DNA of 59,832 nt from Alloascoidea hylecoeti (taxonomy: Eukaryota): NCBI GenBank assembly GCA_001600815.1, contig BCKZ01000013.1:645621-705452 (forward strand), read 5' to 3'. How positions within the stretch are numbered: position 1 is the stretch's first letter; every line of letters starts with the position of its first letter. This document shows, one piece after another, positions 14,701 through 26,491 of the stretch. The notes under the pieces were generated by a model, which made no database searches, had not been told where the DNA came from, and was given only the letters and a program-made list of their open reading frames with translations. The translations under genes were made by a program, and so were the position numbers.

Positions 14701-15558
14701 TATATTCCCAGCGCACGAATTGCACATAGAAGATTAATTAATAGGGTAAGAGAGGTTGTGTCTTTAGAAATTCAAGCAAAGAAAAAGGAGGGGAGAGATC
14801 TCTTTCAAGGAATGATTTTAAAGCATTCTAAATTTGATGAAATTAACCACACCCCTCATGGTTTGAAGCAAAACTTTATGGGCTGGAGTGCTACTAGTTC
14901 TGCTGCTGAAGAAATCATTGAATATGTGGAGGAGCTTCTTGATCTTGCTAAGCTATTAGTTGGTGTTACTGAATTTAAATATGGGTTCTTGAGTAGACCT
15001 TTGTACACAGATTGGGCTGCTACAGCTACAAGAGGGTTCATTGACTTTGTTAATAAAGGTAGTAAGACCTCCAAACAAGAAGGTGATAGTGAAGTACTAA
15101 TGACTGATCCAAGTATTGCTAAATCATCTGGTAATGAAGAAAGCAATGAAAAATCGGAAGGTAGTGACAGTGAAGATGATTACGTTAATCTTTCAAGAAT
15201 ATCGACAAGAACATTAAGCAGGATTCCGAAGCAGGAGAAATCTAAATTTTTATCTTTCGGGAGCTTAACAAAGCATCAAGCGTTTGACGGTGACTTCTTG
15301 GGTAATTCTAGGAAGTTTAGGAAACGGAATAATTCTAATAATACTGACGGGTCTGAATCTGGTAATGAAAATGAAATACAACGGCGTGAAAATATAATTC
15401 ATGAAGAAGAAGAAGAAGAAGAAGTAAACAGTGATGATGAAAAATTGCCATTGGCTTTACAAAGAGTAGTTTCAAAACATTTACAAAGAAATATGTATCC
15501 CTCAGCGAATATTGAACTACATGGGAATTCGAAGAATCGTAAACATTGGTGGACATAA
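11791..15558 (+). CDS. Large ArAE_2/FUSC-like membrane protein (Bre4/Ygl140c family), 1255 aa
   Basis: Two hydrophobic clusters (VVIHPGRRLGAQIE; RGAWIGFVAILVCEPSIG) separated by soluble domains, and PLPQYIPSARIAHRRL. Confidence 0.7.
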   Translation: MGFFSYITAKVWPYLSDKTANRRAIKCVIHATICYIFCRITKIVEVLGFYPSMLSLVAVVIHPGRRLGAQIEAIWFYTAGILIGNAYAIFGRFLAQQILGDAKIYEDSYLLINYPHRYEAALGLLVVLEALMLFMHGYIRAISAKFFNFLFPIFMIPHFAYMSNLNVEAGVVAKGFTVPFFLGMAISLLINIGLWPEFGSTFLGNSTIEAINEIHGAIDSTTQFFISVHVPVNTFRLQQMNNNQPSDSNSDTRSTTSLSSSSNSESASISDPITYNPTEGIEISFNQPPSSLASLISKKNKVRSKLGACHVVLDQCLYEISYSYLSPVELKNIITKLSGAATALNGLVNACQLEFVLLGESQIRRVRSTVAQDLEDPNKFLKDLGITKPEKEISFGDKEILLELLDKVRAPIFELHLIISKCLYFVKKGIIYAYDVPIDTKNQLPQTYIPEEQVYEKVENMDYATYIDELAKSISNFDLACRDILHAGNDTAFKNLLPRDEIFLLSSFLMNTRTCSSVIFDMMKEVKNIVETRKRRSSRGWFGRKFWFSFLKSKEQIKQWIGLNNSKLIRVSESVSLKGDGLGLGDLHGAGSIPTPPNPTENIATYKRPVSDIGLPTTSIENESNKHIDSFDKEWSFLDKWLYCTKHFLADVSDLPYKQADRFKFGFQVMMNLMIVSFPMFVPSIRSWYTELRGAWIGFVAILVCEPSIGDTIWSLMLRFVGLILGCLWAYLSYVSGTSAGGVYLEVIITAVGAFPGFYCFVATPFAKASVLGIISMYIVLESTEIIGTSSGTILDNFTKRLIAMLVGGAVATGVQVLIFPVKSRDELIKNVANAAGSCSKLSALFAAGIEGEKNEFFDDVRYSAYSKSSKEVNGYLAKADFYKNMSKKEFRLKGSFDETVKIYGEVIYVIRQIKERIDNMAQIRRHYGSAIIDEFNDDVYQYRRQYVAAICNIMKIIESSLLNRSPLPQYIPSARIAHRRLINRVREVVSLEIQAKKKEGRDLFQGMILKHSKFDEINHTPHGLKQNFMGWSATSSAAEEIIEYVEELLDLAKLLVGVTEFKYGFLSRPLYTDWAATATRGFIDFVNKGSKTSKQEGDSEVLMTDPSIAKSSGNEESNEKSEGSDSEDDYVNLSRISTRTLSRIPKQEKSKFLSFGSLTKHQAFDGDFLGNSRKFRKRNNSNNTDGSESGNENEIQRRENIIHEEEEEEEVNSDDEKLPLALQRVVSKHLQRNMYPSANIELHGNSKNRKHWWT

Positions 15559-15923
15559 TGGTTGACTTTACCAACTATACCTAGTTCTTTATTTATTTAT
15601 TTATTTGTTTATTCATTTATTGTACTTGTATATATTTATTTTTTTGTTAGATTAGATTTTCATGTTTGCTGATTATTTATTGTTTTAATATTTCAATTGG
15701 AGTTTTTAAGGTTGAAATTGATTTTCAATATATTTGGCTATGGTCATGATAGTCACTGATACGATTGTGTCTGGTTCAACATAGTTTCAAGATTGTCTCC
15801 ATTCATAATCATAAATAATCCTAATATTATATCCCATGGACAGCTAGCTACAGTTGTATATTTCATCTGATAGTATGGCAAGCCTTATTATAAGTAAAAT
15901 GATATTGCAACAACTAGTCATGA

Positions 15924-17579
15924 CTAGTCTTCGGTTCCCCAAGCATAAGGGCTAATGCTCCTCAAACGTTTACCATATCGGTAAAATAAAAAAGGCATGG
16001 GAATCATTGCAATTGCAACAAATCCCAATAAAGAAGTAGCCCAATGTATTCCCATTCCCTTATACATTTGTAATGCAAATAATGGAAATACACCTGCCAT
16101 TATAGATCTGACAAACGAATTTGCAGCCATACCACTGGCTGTGTATAGTCTATAAGCTTCAATAGTATATGAAAAAATCCCACTGAAAGCCAAACTTGTC
16201 CCAAGACCAAATATTACTCCACCAATAATAGGGCCAATCCAATGAACTGATTTATATGTTGTCCAGGCTAAAATGAAGAGACCAATTGGAGATATTATAG
16301 AGCCATACATTAATGGAAAAAGCCGGAATTCTGGCTCTGGAATACCATTATTTTTGATGGTAAATTTCTTGTATAAATTTGCAAAATATGGAGTTGTTAA
16401 ACTTCCAGCCGCAAGACCAACAACTAAGCCCATAAAAGCAATTCCTTGTAACTCCATACCCCACCCATATACAGTTTTAAAAGTATACGGAAAAGCAATG
16501 AAAAATAAGTAAACAATCGCAAGCTCATAGCCTGTATAAAAACACAAACTTCCCATCATTGGATCTTTCACGAGTAGAAGAAAAGGTCTTTTAGAACTTA
16601 AAATTAATGTGTCAAATAATGTCTTGTCGCTTCGTTCTAAGGGAGCGTATAGATATTGATTACCTTTTTCTTTACGGAGTCTAATAGCCTTCTTTTTCAA
16701 CTGCACCGGCTGATATGTTTCGGGAACAAATATAACTAGCAATACAAATAGAGACCAAGAAAATATCAACATGACATAAAAGGTCCATCTAAAGTTAACA
16801 TTAGCATTAATGAGTCCACCTATAAGAGGACCAAGGCCAGGGCCGATAAAAGGTGTTAGGGTATACATGCTCAATGGTGCTGTTATTTCTTCTCTTGAGA
16901 ATATATCTGAATAAGTTCCTGAAGCAACGGCCATGAAAGCACTTCCACAAAAACCAGTAAGGAATCTACTTATCAATAGTGAAGGCATATTCTTACCAAA
17001 AGCAGTTAAAAATTGGAAACAGTTGCCAATAAAATAGCCAGTAATATAAACAATCCTTCTTCCATGAAATTCAGAAATGGGAGATAAAAACATTGGTCCT
17101 ATACCCATACCAAAGATGAATAAAGTTATACCTAAAGTAGTAACTTCATGGTTGGTGTGAAAATGTTCCTGTATGTTTTTAGCGGCCATGCTCCATATAG
17201 AGGAGCACATTGTGATTTGCAACGAGGTTGCAGCCAATACTACACTAATAACCCACTTCCTCCATTTTGGAAGTCGTCGCATATCTTCTTTGTCGTCGAC
17301 ACCATCAAATTTGACCTCATTTGGCTCGGTCTTTTCCATAGTAGGAAGGGGAGGAGCATCTTCTAGGTTGGTATTCCAAATGTCGGCTTGATCGGGATAC
17401 AATGACTCAGAGTATAATGATTGGTGTGTTCCAGTCCTCTGAATTTTCAAAGATTGAAAATGCTGATCATCAAAGGCTGTAATTGGCAGAAAACCAGATC
17501 TCGATCGGGAGTGGGATAGTTTATCATCTGTGGTACTAGTATAATCTACAACAGAATCTGGTTCAAAGTTCTCAGCCAT
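15924..17579 (-). CDS. MFS drug:H+ antiporter, DHA1 family
   Basis: 12-TM pattern with GPMFLSPISEFHGRR, FRWTFY, VPETY and PEPEFRL motifs. Confidence 0.9.
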   Translation of the reverse strand: MAENFEPDSVVDYTSTTDDKLSHSRSRSGFLPITAFDDQHFQSLKIQRTGTHQSLYSESLYPDQADIWNTNLEDAPPLPTMEKTEPNEVKFDGVDDKEDMRRLPKWRKWVISVVLAATSLQITMCSSIWSMAAKNIQEHFHTNHEVTTLGITLFIFGMGIGPMFLSPISEFHGRRIVYITGYFIGNCFQFLTAFGKNMPSLLISRFLTGFCGSAFMAVASGTYSDIFSREEITAPLSMYTLTPFIGPGLGPLIGGLINANVNFRWTFYVMLIFSWSLFVLLVIFVPETYQPVQLKKKAIRLRKEKGNQYLYAPLERSDKTLFDTLILSSKRPFLLLVKDPMMGSLCFYTGYELAIVYLFFIAFPYTFKTVYGWGMELQGIAFMGLVVGLAAGSLTTPYFANLYKKFTIKNNGIPEPEFRLFPLMYGSIISPIGLFILAWTTYKSVHWIGPIIGGVIFGLGTSLAFSGIFSYTIEAYRLYTASGMAANSFVRSIMAGVFPLFALQMYKGMGIHWATSLLGFVAIAMIPMPFLFYRYGKRLRSISPYAWGTED

Positions 17580-18636
17580 GCTAAAAATTTGTAGTGGTTT
17601 TTGAGGTTACCATTATTATAAGCTTATAACTGTAAGATAAAGAAGTAAGCAGCTGCGGGGTGTCCACTTGCCACAACTCAATTTATGCAAAAGATGCCAT
17701 ATGTTTAGTCATTGGATTTAGAAAAGTATTATCTGGAATATGGATAGCCATAGAAGATTAATTAAGGGGTGACCTATGATGTTGCCCAATGTTAGTGATG
17801 CCGCTATCTCAGATGTTTTCGAAGCATTGTGCGTATACGGCTGAAACGCCAAGAAATTCAGTTTTCAAAAATATAAGCATCGATGTGCTGAAAAAGTTGA
17901 TTATGTTGATATAATGATATTCGACTATTCTTTAAATTAAACTCTTTCGTACTACATTGGGATCGTTATATTACTGCGACTGATAAATTTATAGACTGGA
18001 ATTGCTTTTTGACATTCATCACAATATTTACAATTATATTCAATCACTTCATTGTTTGTATAAATATATCCATTACTCCTTGAAAGGAAAGTTCAGACTC
18101 CTACATGTCCTATATCTTATACCTCTTTCTTTTCGCCATTGCATTGCTATGTCTTTTGATTCCACCTATCTAATAAAATGATAATCCGATATCGATGGGC
18201 ACCTTCTATAACTCACCTTCCCAATTGCTAATTATAATAAAAATCATAATATCAATGGCATGTTTTGTCCCTAACAAAACCGAAAGTATCTTAAAGGATT
18301 TATGATTATTTGGGCTGTGTATTTGAATATTTCATCGACGTTTCTTCCAATGGGAAGACAAAACCCATAGATTTTGATTTCTAATCCTCTGATTACTGAG
18401 TCAATCTAATTTAACAAATCCGTGCCTTTTCAACCGATAAACTGCATGATTTATTCAGTACTAATAACGGGGTAAGTTAATAAACGGACATAAAAACGTG
18501 AACGTTCATAGGTTTTTATTATCACTCCACCTTTTAATTGAAAATTTTCCATACAATTTGAAAACTTTTACTTAACTTAAATATGTTGAAAATTCTCCGA
18601 ACTAAAATATTAATTACTATTGAGTGAATATTAAAA

Positions 18637-19695
18637 ATGGCGGTTGCTACTATAACTAAAGTTCAGCTTCATGATTGGCTTTGGACTAGAAACGAAGAAC
18701 CTCATAAACTTCGAAGAAAGCAAATCCTTAAAGCTCATCCAGAAGTGTCAAAACTATGTGGACCTGAAAGAATTACCAAATATGTTGTTTCTGGAGTTGT
18801 TTTGCTACAATTAGCGTGTGCTTATTTGTTAAGAAATGAGCCATTCTTTTCAAGAAATTATTGGATTATTGCTTATATCGTTGGTGCCACATCAAATCAG
18901 AACTTATTTATGGGAATTCATGAAATATCTCATAACCTCGCTTTCAAGAAGCCTCTGCCAAATAAGTTGTTAGCCATTTGGGCCAATATTCCCGTTGGAA
19001 TTCCATTTAGTGCATCGTTTACACCATACCATCAGCTCCATCACAAATATTTAGGTGATACTACTTACGATGCTGATCTTCCCACAAGGCTGGAAGCAGT
19101 TCTTTTGGATAATATACTTGGTAAGACTTTTTTTGCTACGTTTCAGATATTCTTCTATGCCATAAGGCCGATGTTTGTAACTTCTGTGAAGTTAACACTT
19201 ATTCATTTATTTAATATAATTGTACAATTTACCGCTGACTATCTGATTGTAAAATTCTGGGGTTGGAATTCAATGTTATATTTGTTGCTTAGCAGTTTTC
19301 TTGCCGGTTCTTTACATCCTTGTGCTGGTCATTTTTTTGCAGAGCATTATGTGTTTGATGGCCTTGAAATTGCTGCTTATGATCCTAAAACAGGAAGAAG
19401 CCCTCCTGAAACCTACAGTTATTATGGGCCTTTAAATATTTTCACATACAATGTGGGTTTACATAATGAGCATCATGACTTCCCATATATTCCTTGGACT
19501 AGATTATACAAGTTAAATAGAATTGCGAGAGAATTCTATGATCCATTGCCAAAGTATTATTGCTGGTCAATAATCATAGTAAAGTTCATCTTCGACCCCA
19601 AAGTTAGTCTCTGGTGCCGTGTAAGAAGAGAAGCAGCTGTTAAAAAAGATGTCAAAGCTGCCGTTCTTGAGGATGGAATTGAAGATTCGGGCTGA
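18637..19695 (+). CDS. DES1: Sphingolipid delta(4)-desaturase
   Basis: EEPHKLRRKQILKAHPEV N-terminus and His boxes HEISH, HQLHH, HNEHH. Confidence 0.93.
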   Translation: MAVATITKVQLHDWLWTRNEEPHKLRRKQILKAHPEVSKLCGPERITKYVVSGVVLLQLACAYLLRNEPFFSRNYWIIAYIVGATSNQNLFMGIHEISHNLAFKKPLPNKLLAIWANIPVGIPFSASFTPYHQLHHKYLGDTTYDADLPTRLEAVLLDNILGKTFFATFQIFFYAIRPMFVTSVKLTLIHLFNIIVQFTADYLIVKFWGWNSMLYLLLSSFLAGSLHPCAGHFFAEHYVFDGLEIAAYDPKTGRSPPETYSYYGPLNIFTYNVGLHNEHHDFPYIPWTRLYKLNRIAREFYDPLPKYYCWSIIIVKFIFDPKVSLWCRVRREAAVKKDVKAAVLEDGIEDSG

Positions 19696-19794
19696 TGGTA
19701 TAATTAAATAACTATATAAATATTTGAATGAACAATTATTAACTATTTTGGGTGTAGAGGTGTTTGTTTGGAGACGAGTTGATCGGTATTTTAA

Positions 19795-21123
<1,329 letters not shown>

Positions 21124-22264
21124 GAAGATTACCAAGTTGTATCAATTACGATAAATATATAGTCCTTTATTACTAAATTATGATAAAATAAAGTTGTCAA
21201 AGTAAGTTTTGTTTTGTGTTAGCACCCATATGCCCCACTTCTCCCTGAAATTTAAAAACTAGATTGATAATTATATATTTTTGATCTTTAGTTTCTAAAT
21301 CTCAGCTCAGCCCCCTTTAAACCCCACTCTTTCAGTATGATGGTATACTGTTGAATTTATTTGAAGGATGCTATCTATAATTAGAGAAGCGTATCTTGAG
21401 CCAGATCTAGAGAAATACGTGATCTCAAGTCAAGATGGTAAGTTCAACTTGAAAGTATACCTATAATTCATCGAAAGATATTTGAAGGTATATGAATAAT
21501 ATATGTGGAGTAGGGAGATTTGATAGTACTTACTAAGCTTCACTAATTACTGATAATAGTATATGGCATATACATATGGCTTGATGATTATAAGGACTTG
21601 TTTAGAATAAATCAGATTTCTCAGTGTCATTCATGAGATATTACCATTAATTAATATTGTACTTAACTATTCCAGTTCGATAGACCTAAATCGAAAAATT
21701 ATCTCATGTAAATTGCAATCTTACAGTAAACTTACAGGCAGGTGTATGTATGTATATACACTATATATATATGTCCTGATTGTTGAAATACATTATGATC
21801 CAGATGATCCTGTGTAGTTGACCAGCTACATGTATTAGCTGATAGCCGATACGTTTTTTTATATAGGAATTATCTATTCTTAACATAGTATAGCAATTTA
21901 GTATAGCAACTCTAATGCCATGTGTTGCATTATCAGATAATACAACAGTGCATTTAAAGCTTGCTTTCTCCTAAAGCTTCCCCTACGCTCAATTAGTTAA
22001 AACTAAATTAAAGCTCTTTAGTGTTACAAAAGATGAAGATTATGTGAGTATACTGTTTTCCATAGATGAACTTCCAACAGATACTACGTGACTATAAAAG
22101 GAGCAATATCAATATAAATAAACTATTATAACATAATTATTACAAGCAGGCAATACTTTTTAACGATAAATAAATAAGCTACATCTGACAATTAAAAACT
22201 TTCATAACATCATTTATGTCTTTAAATATAAAGTAACATATCATTTACAGATTATTAAATTCTT

Positions 22265-25078
22265 CTAGTGATTTTCCAATTCTTCTTTGAAATTTTCAAC
22301 ATTGAACTCTTTCACATCAAGTGGAAGGTTTTCTAAGTTTATTTCTTCTGGTATTTTACCTTCCTTTTCCAGGTCTTGTAAAAGTTTAATGGCATCCAAC
22401 ATTTCTATAACAAGATTTTCATCTATTGGTTTCTTTGATTCCATATCTTGTTTTGGATCGATAGCGGCCTTAGAAGGTTCTGGAGCTTCATCGATTGGAA
22501 TATTAGTATTTGTATTCATAGCTTTCATCAATATCTCAAGTGCTTCTTTTTCTTCTTCTGGACTTTTGAATTCTCGCTTATTTTCTTTATCTCCAAGTCC
22601 AAGTTCGATATTTTGTATCTGTTTCAAGAATTCTTCGATATCATCTGCTGCAAGTGGTTCTTTTGAAGCATTTAACTTATCTAAGCTTGCTTTTGCTTCT
22701 ATTTGAGCATAGTCAGATATTTCTTCTGGAAATATTTGACAATAATAATCCCAAGTTGAAATTAAACGTGTTCTTTCGCATTGAGATTTTGTCCATTTTA
22801 GACCATATATTAATGGCGATAGGGATAAGAAAAATCCAATTACAGCAAAAGTGAACAATATAATAATAGTGCGTGATATATATTTCTTGATACCCACCTT
22901 AGCAAATTTATTGACTAATAAATTGACAAAGTGAGCCAAAGCTAATATTCCAAAGTAATAAGCAGGAAGGTAATGATGAATAAAAAGTTGTCTTTCCATT
23001 AAAAATGAAGGGAAATAATGTATAGCCCAACCAAGAATATATTTAATGATGTGATAATCGGAGTTTATAAACAATGGATCAGTAGATAAAGGTACTTCTT
23101 TAACAGGATGTTTAAATTTTTTAGCATCATTAGAGGCTTTTAATTTTAAATTTTCCCATCTTATCAATTGAACTGTTTTAAATAATGTATAAGCCACAAT
23201 TGTAAAGGTAACCGCCCACCATACAAAAATATTTCCCAATAAATAAATATGAGTTCCATCTTTATTGTAATAATTAATTCCTCTTAACATTAGTGGCCAA
23301 GATTCGGGGGTAGACTGCCAATGATGGGGAAGAGTTAAAGCAGCATTAGATTTCCACATGACTTTATGAAGTTCCAAAACTTTAGGAATAAATCCTAGTT
23401 TAGTGTAATTTGTTCTTCTTGCATCCGTTTCATCAACATCTGGGTGATGATTTTCTTCAATCATCCAAACTGTATAATCAGGGTTTGCGTTAGTAGCACA
23501 TGTAATTTCTTGATGGTTAAATCCCCAATCAGGTAATTTAACATCATGAGAGAATAGCTTGCAACCAGTAGATGTATGAACTAATCTAAATTTTGTCTTA
23601 ACAGCAAGAATATTTTCTTGAGCTTCACCGGGTTCAGATAATTTTTTATCAATTTCAATTTTCCATTGGTCATTTGCATCACCTTTAAATTCGATTCCAC
23701 CATACGCACTAACTTCGTTTTGCCATACTTCTTGTGTAGTGACAGGAGGTCTAATATTATGAGAATGTAACTTTCTATTGGTTGATGCATGCTGAAAAGA
23801 AAGTAAGAAGCCATCTTGGATTTTAACTAGACCATCAGTTTTGATGGATAATCTTTCAATCAATGTCCTATTGAAATGATCAATAGTCCAAAAGTTGTTT
23901 TTATCTTGATATGAATAACCGGTAACTTGTTGTTGCTTGGAGGATTTTTCGTTCTTATAGTTATGTGGATGAGAATGAAGTAAAGTTCCTGTTCCAGCAG
24001 GACCAACGTGTTTTAAAGTGATCTTACTCCCAAAATATACATCAGTGATTAAGTTTTCTAATAGGCCTGAATTTTCCATTGTATTTCTAAATTCAGGAGA
24101 TAATGTTAATGAACCAAGACTATTTTTATTCAACATTTTAAAATGAGCTTGCCATAAGGCTAAGTAGATTGATAGTGGAGTCATAATTAGGGCAATAACT
24201 CTCCAGGAAAAATGTTTAAAATATTGACGTGGTGTTACAGTCAAGTCTCCAACAAATTGCCATAATTGATAGACAGTCAAAAGACCCATCCAGGTGACAG
24301 TAAATAATCCAACCCATTTTGAACTCACAGTTAGACCTAAACCCAAGCCGGAAATAAAGAGATATTTGCACCAATTTAAGGTGAAAGGTTTTTGAATATC
24401 GAATTTTTCAAAAGCATAGATGGTCAATGCCATAAAGAATATTAGAGGGGCATCCAAAAGAATGAATCTGGATATCATGACATTTGCATTTTCAAAAATA
24501 AACCATAGACTTGCAACAAAAGCAATGTTCGAATGTACCCCGGATGTCTTCAAAGTTAAAAAAAACAACGAAGAAGTTAGAGCACCCAGAAAAGCCGGAT
24601 ATGATCTCATTTGTACATAAGGAACATTAGCAGTATATTCCGTACCAATTTTTGAGAAGTTGAAGATTCCATCAAAATCCGAAAGCTTTGCAACTATCGC
24701 AAACAACATTTTAGCTAGAGGTGGGTGAACATCGATGAAAAGTAACCCTTTCAAATATTTTTGAGCGAATCCACCGAAATGAACTTCGTCAAAGATGGTA
24801 ACATTTGGGTACGATAGTCCCCAAACCCTTATTACAGAGGAAAGGAAAGATATTATTCCTAACAAGATTTTATCTTTAGGAGTTATGATACGCCGAGAAT
24901 TCAATTCTTGTGGGGCAGCGGTAATCCAGTAAGTTGACACAGGACCTTTTCCATATTGCGGGGGCACGATAGCATCCTCATACCTTTCCGACATCCTGGT
25001 CGTTTTCCCGATCGGTTTTGGTGCCTTTTGACCGGCTTTCTTTTTATCAGTTGCTGCTTTTTTGACACTGACGGACAT
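22265..25078 (-). CDS. PMT1: Dolichyl-phosphate-mannose:protein O-mannosyltransferase, PMT1 subfamily
   Basis: FDEVHFGGFA..DVHPPLAK, MIR domains (LHSH) and RQLFIHHYLPA. The first ATG is at 25078; the ORF-track start at 25117 is TTG. Confidence 0.88.
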   Translation of the reverse strand: MSVSVKKAATDKKKAGQKAPKPIGKTTRMSERYEDAIVPPQYGKGPVSTYWITAAPQELNSRRIITPKDKILLGIISFLSSVIRVWGLSYPNVTIFDEVHFGGFAQKYLKGLLFIDVHPPLAKMLFAIVAKLSDFDGIFNFSKIGTEYTANVPYVQMRSYPAFLGALTSSLFFLTLKTSGVHSNIAFVASLWFIFENANVMISRFILLDAPLIFFMALTIYAFEKFDIQKPFTLNWCKYLFISGLGLGLTVSSKWVGLFTVTWMGLLTVYQLWQFVGDLTVTPRQYFKHFSWRVIALIMTPLSIYLALWQAHFKMLNKNSLGSLTLSPEFRNTMENSGLLENLITDVYFGSKITLKHVGPAGTGTLLHSHPHNYKNEKSSKQQQVTGYSYQDKNNFWTIDHFNRTLIERLSIKTDGLVKIQDGFLLSFQHASTNRKLHSHNIRPPVTTQEVWQNEVSAYGGIEFKGDANDQWKIEIDKKLSEPGEAQENILAVKTKFRLVHTSTGCKLFSHDVKLPDWGFNHQEITCATNANPDYTVWMIEENHHPDVDETDARRTNYTKLGFIPKVLELHKVMWKSNAALTLPHHWQSTPESWPLMLRGINYYNKDGTHIYLLGNIFVWWAVTFTIVAYTLFKTVQLIRWENLKLKASNDAKKFKHPVKEVPLSTDPLFINSDYHIIKYILGWAIHYFPSFLMERQLFIHHYLPAYYFGILALAHFVNLLVNKFAKVGIKKYISRTIIILFTFAVIGFFLSLSPLIYGLKWTKSQCERTRLISTWDYYCQIFPEEISDYAQIEAKASLDKLNASKEPLAADDIEEFLKQIQNIELGLGDKENKREFKSPEEEKEALEILMKAMNTNTNIPIDEAPEPSKAAIDPKQDMESKKPIDENLVIEMLDAIKLLQDLEKEGKIPEEINLENLPLDVKEFNVENFKEELENH

Positions 25079-25495
25079 CGATGGTTTGCAGAAAAGAACA
25101 ATATGGTCCCGAGACAAAAAGAGAAGTTTAATCTACACGCGCATATACGAGCAGCACTCCGCAAGCTTAGGCACGCCGTGGCAGCGTAGCTTCGTAAGCC
25201 GAATGCAGTTACCCCTTTGGGCCGAGACGTAAATATCTATAATAATCTCATAAGAGCCCTATTAACTGTACCTTTGTACGCATGGGCGAGTATAGTCGGT
25301 GCTTACTGCTCCACTGGCCAAGACGTGTCAAATTATTAATGTTAAGATCCTGGTCAAAAGCACCAAACGTTACCCGGTGTCTGTTGACAGAGCGGGGACG
25401 ACCTGCATGGAGTTCTATTAATCACTAAAAAGTACAACTCCAGTCATCTCTCTAACTCTTCTTGTCTTCCAATTCAGATACTGTTGTTTCTCAGA

Positions 25496-26491
25496 ATGTT
25501 CAGACTCTCTCCATCCCAGATATCAAATCAGTGTTCACGCTTGCAATTGGTACCCAAACCACTTTCAATTATAAGAGCCCTCTCCATCACCGCTCCTCGA
25601 TCCAAGCTCTCTAGACCACACAAGCGCTTGCCTTCTCTTGGAGAAATCAAGCAAGTTGATATTGAGAAGTACTTTGATCAGTCAATTGAAAAACAACAAT
25701 TAGACAATTGGAAATTTGGTCACACTGATATTGATGTGGGTTCACCAAGCTTAATAAAATCCTTTCTATATGGGTCTCATACGTCTAAAAGTGAACTTAC
25801 ACAGATGGAAAAATCTTTTTCTCAAGCTTTATCAAGGGGTCAATATGTCCATGAGCTGGTATTTCATAAAGTGAAACCTGAAAACTCTGTTGAATATTTC
25901 AATCTGATATCAAAAACCTACCCTCAGATGTCTTCGAATGAAAATATAGGCACTACACTAGTTGGAAGTTGGAGAGTTGTTGTGGGCGATATGGACACCT
26001 ATGTTCACATTTGGCAATACGAAGGTTATCCGGGTTTTCATAAAGCTATGAATTCCTTACACGATAATGATTTCTATCTTGACCACTTGGAAGCCGTTAG
26101 GCCTATGTTATATGAACGTCGTAATGAATTGATGCAAGAGTTTAGCTTCTGGGGTGGCACGGCTGCACCACATAAAATGGGGGGAGTCTTTGAAATGAGA
26201 ACTTATGAATTGAAACCAGGTCAGTTACAAGAATGGGAACACAGCTGGGCCAAGGGTATCGAGTGCCGTCGTAAAGTGATGGAGCCTGTTGGTGCTTGGT
26301 TTTCGCAATTGGGATTGATCAATCGAGTTCACCATATTTGGCAATTTTCTGACTTGGAACATCGAAAAATCAGTAGAGAAAAATCTTGGGAAATATCTGG
26401 ATGGTCGGATACGGTCCATGAGACTGTTAAATTGATTGATCATATGGAAGCAAACGTTCTGGTGGCACTTCCATTCAGTCCGTTAAAATAA
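25496..26491 (+). CDS. NIPSNAP-family mitochondrial protein
   Basis: Basic presequence-like N-terminus, two NIPSNAP domains (VHIWQY; FEMRTYELKPG; VHHIWQF) and C-terminal FSPLK. ATG at 25496. Confidence 0.9.
   Translation: MFRLSPSQISNQCSRLQLVPKPLSIIRALSITAPRSKLSRPHKRLPSLGEIKQVDIEKYFDQSIEKQQLDNWKFGHTDIDVGSPSLIKSFLYGSHTSKSELTQMEKSFSQALSRGQYVHELVFHKVKPENSVEYFNLISKTYPQMSSNENIGTTLVGSWRVVVGDMDTYVHIWQYEGYPGFHKAMNSLHDNDFYLDHLEAVRPMLYERRNELMQEFSFWGGTAAPHKMGGVFEMRTYELKPGQLQEWEHSWAKGIECRRKVMEPVGAWFSQLGLINRVHHIWQFSDLEHRKISREKSWEISGWSDTVHETVKLIDHMEANVLVALPFSPLK

Noticed and set aside
21330..21640. Possible small spliced gene between MAP2 and PMT1
   Set aside because: Splice-like signals exist but the candidate frame has internal stops and no recognisable product.
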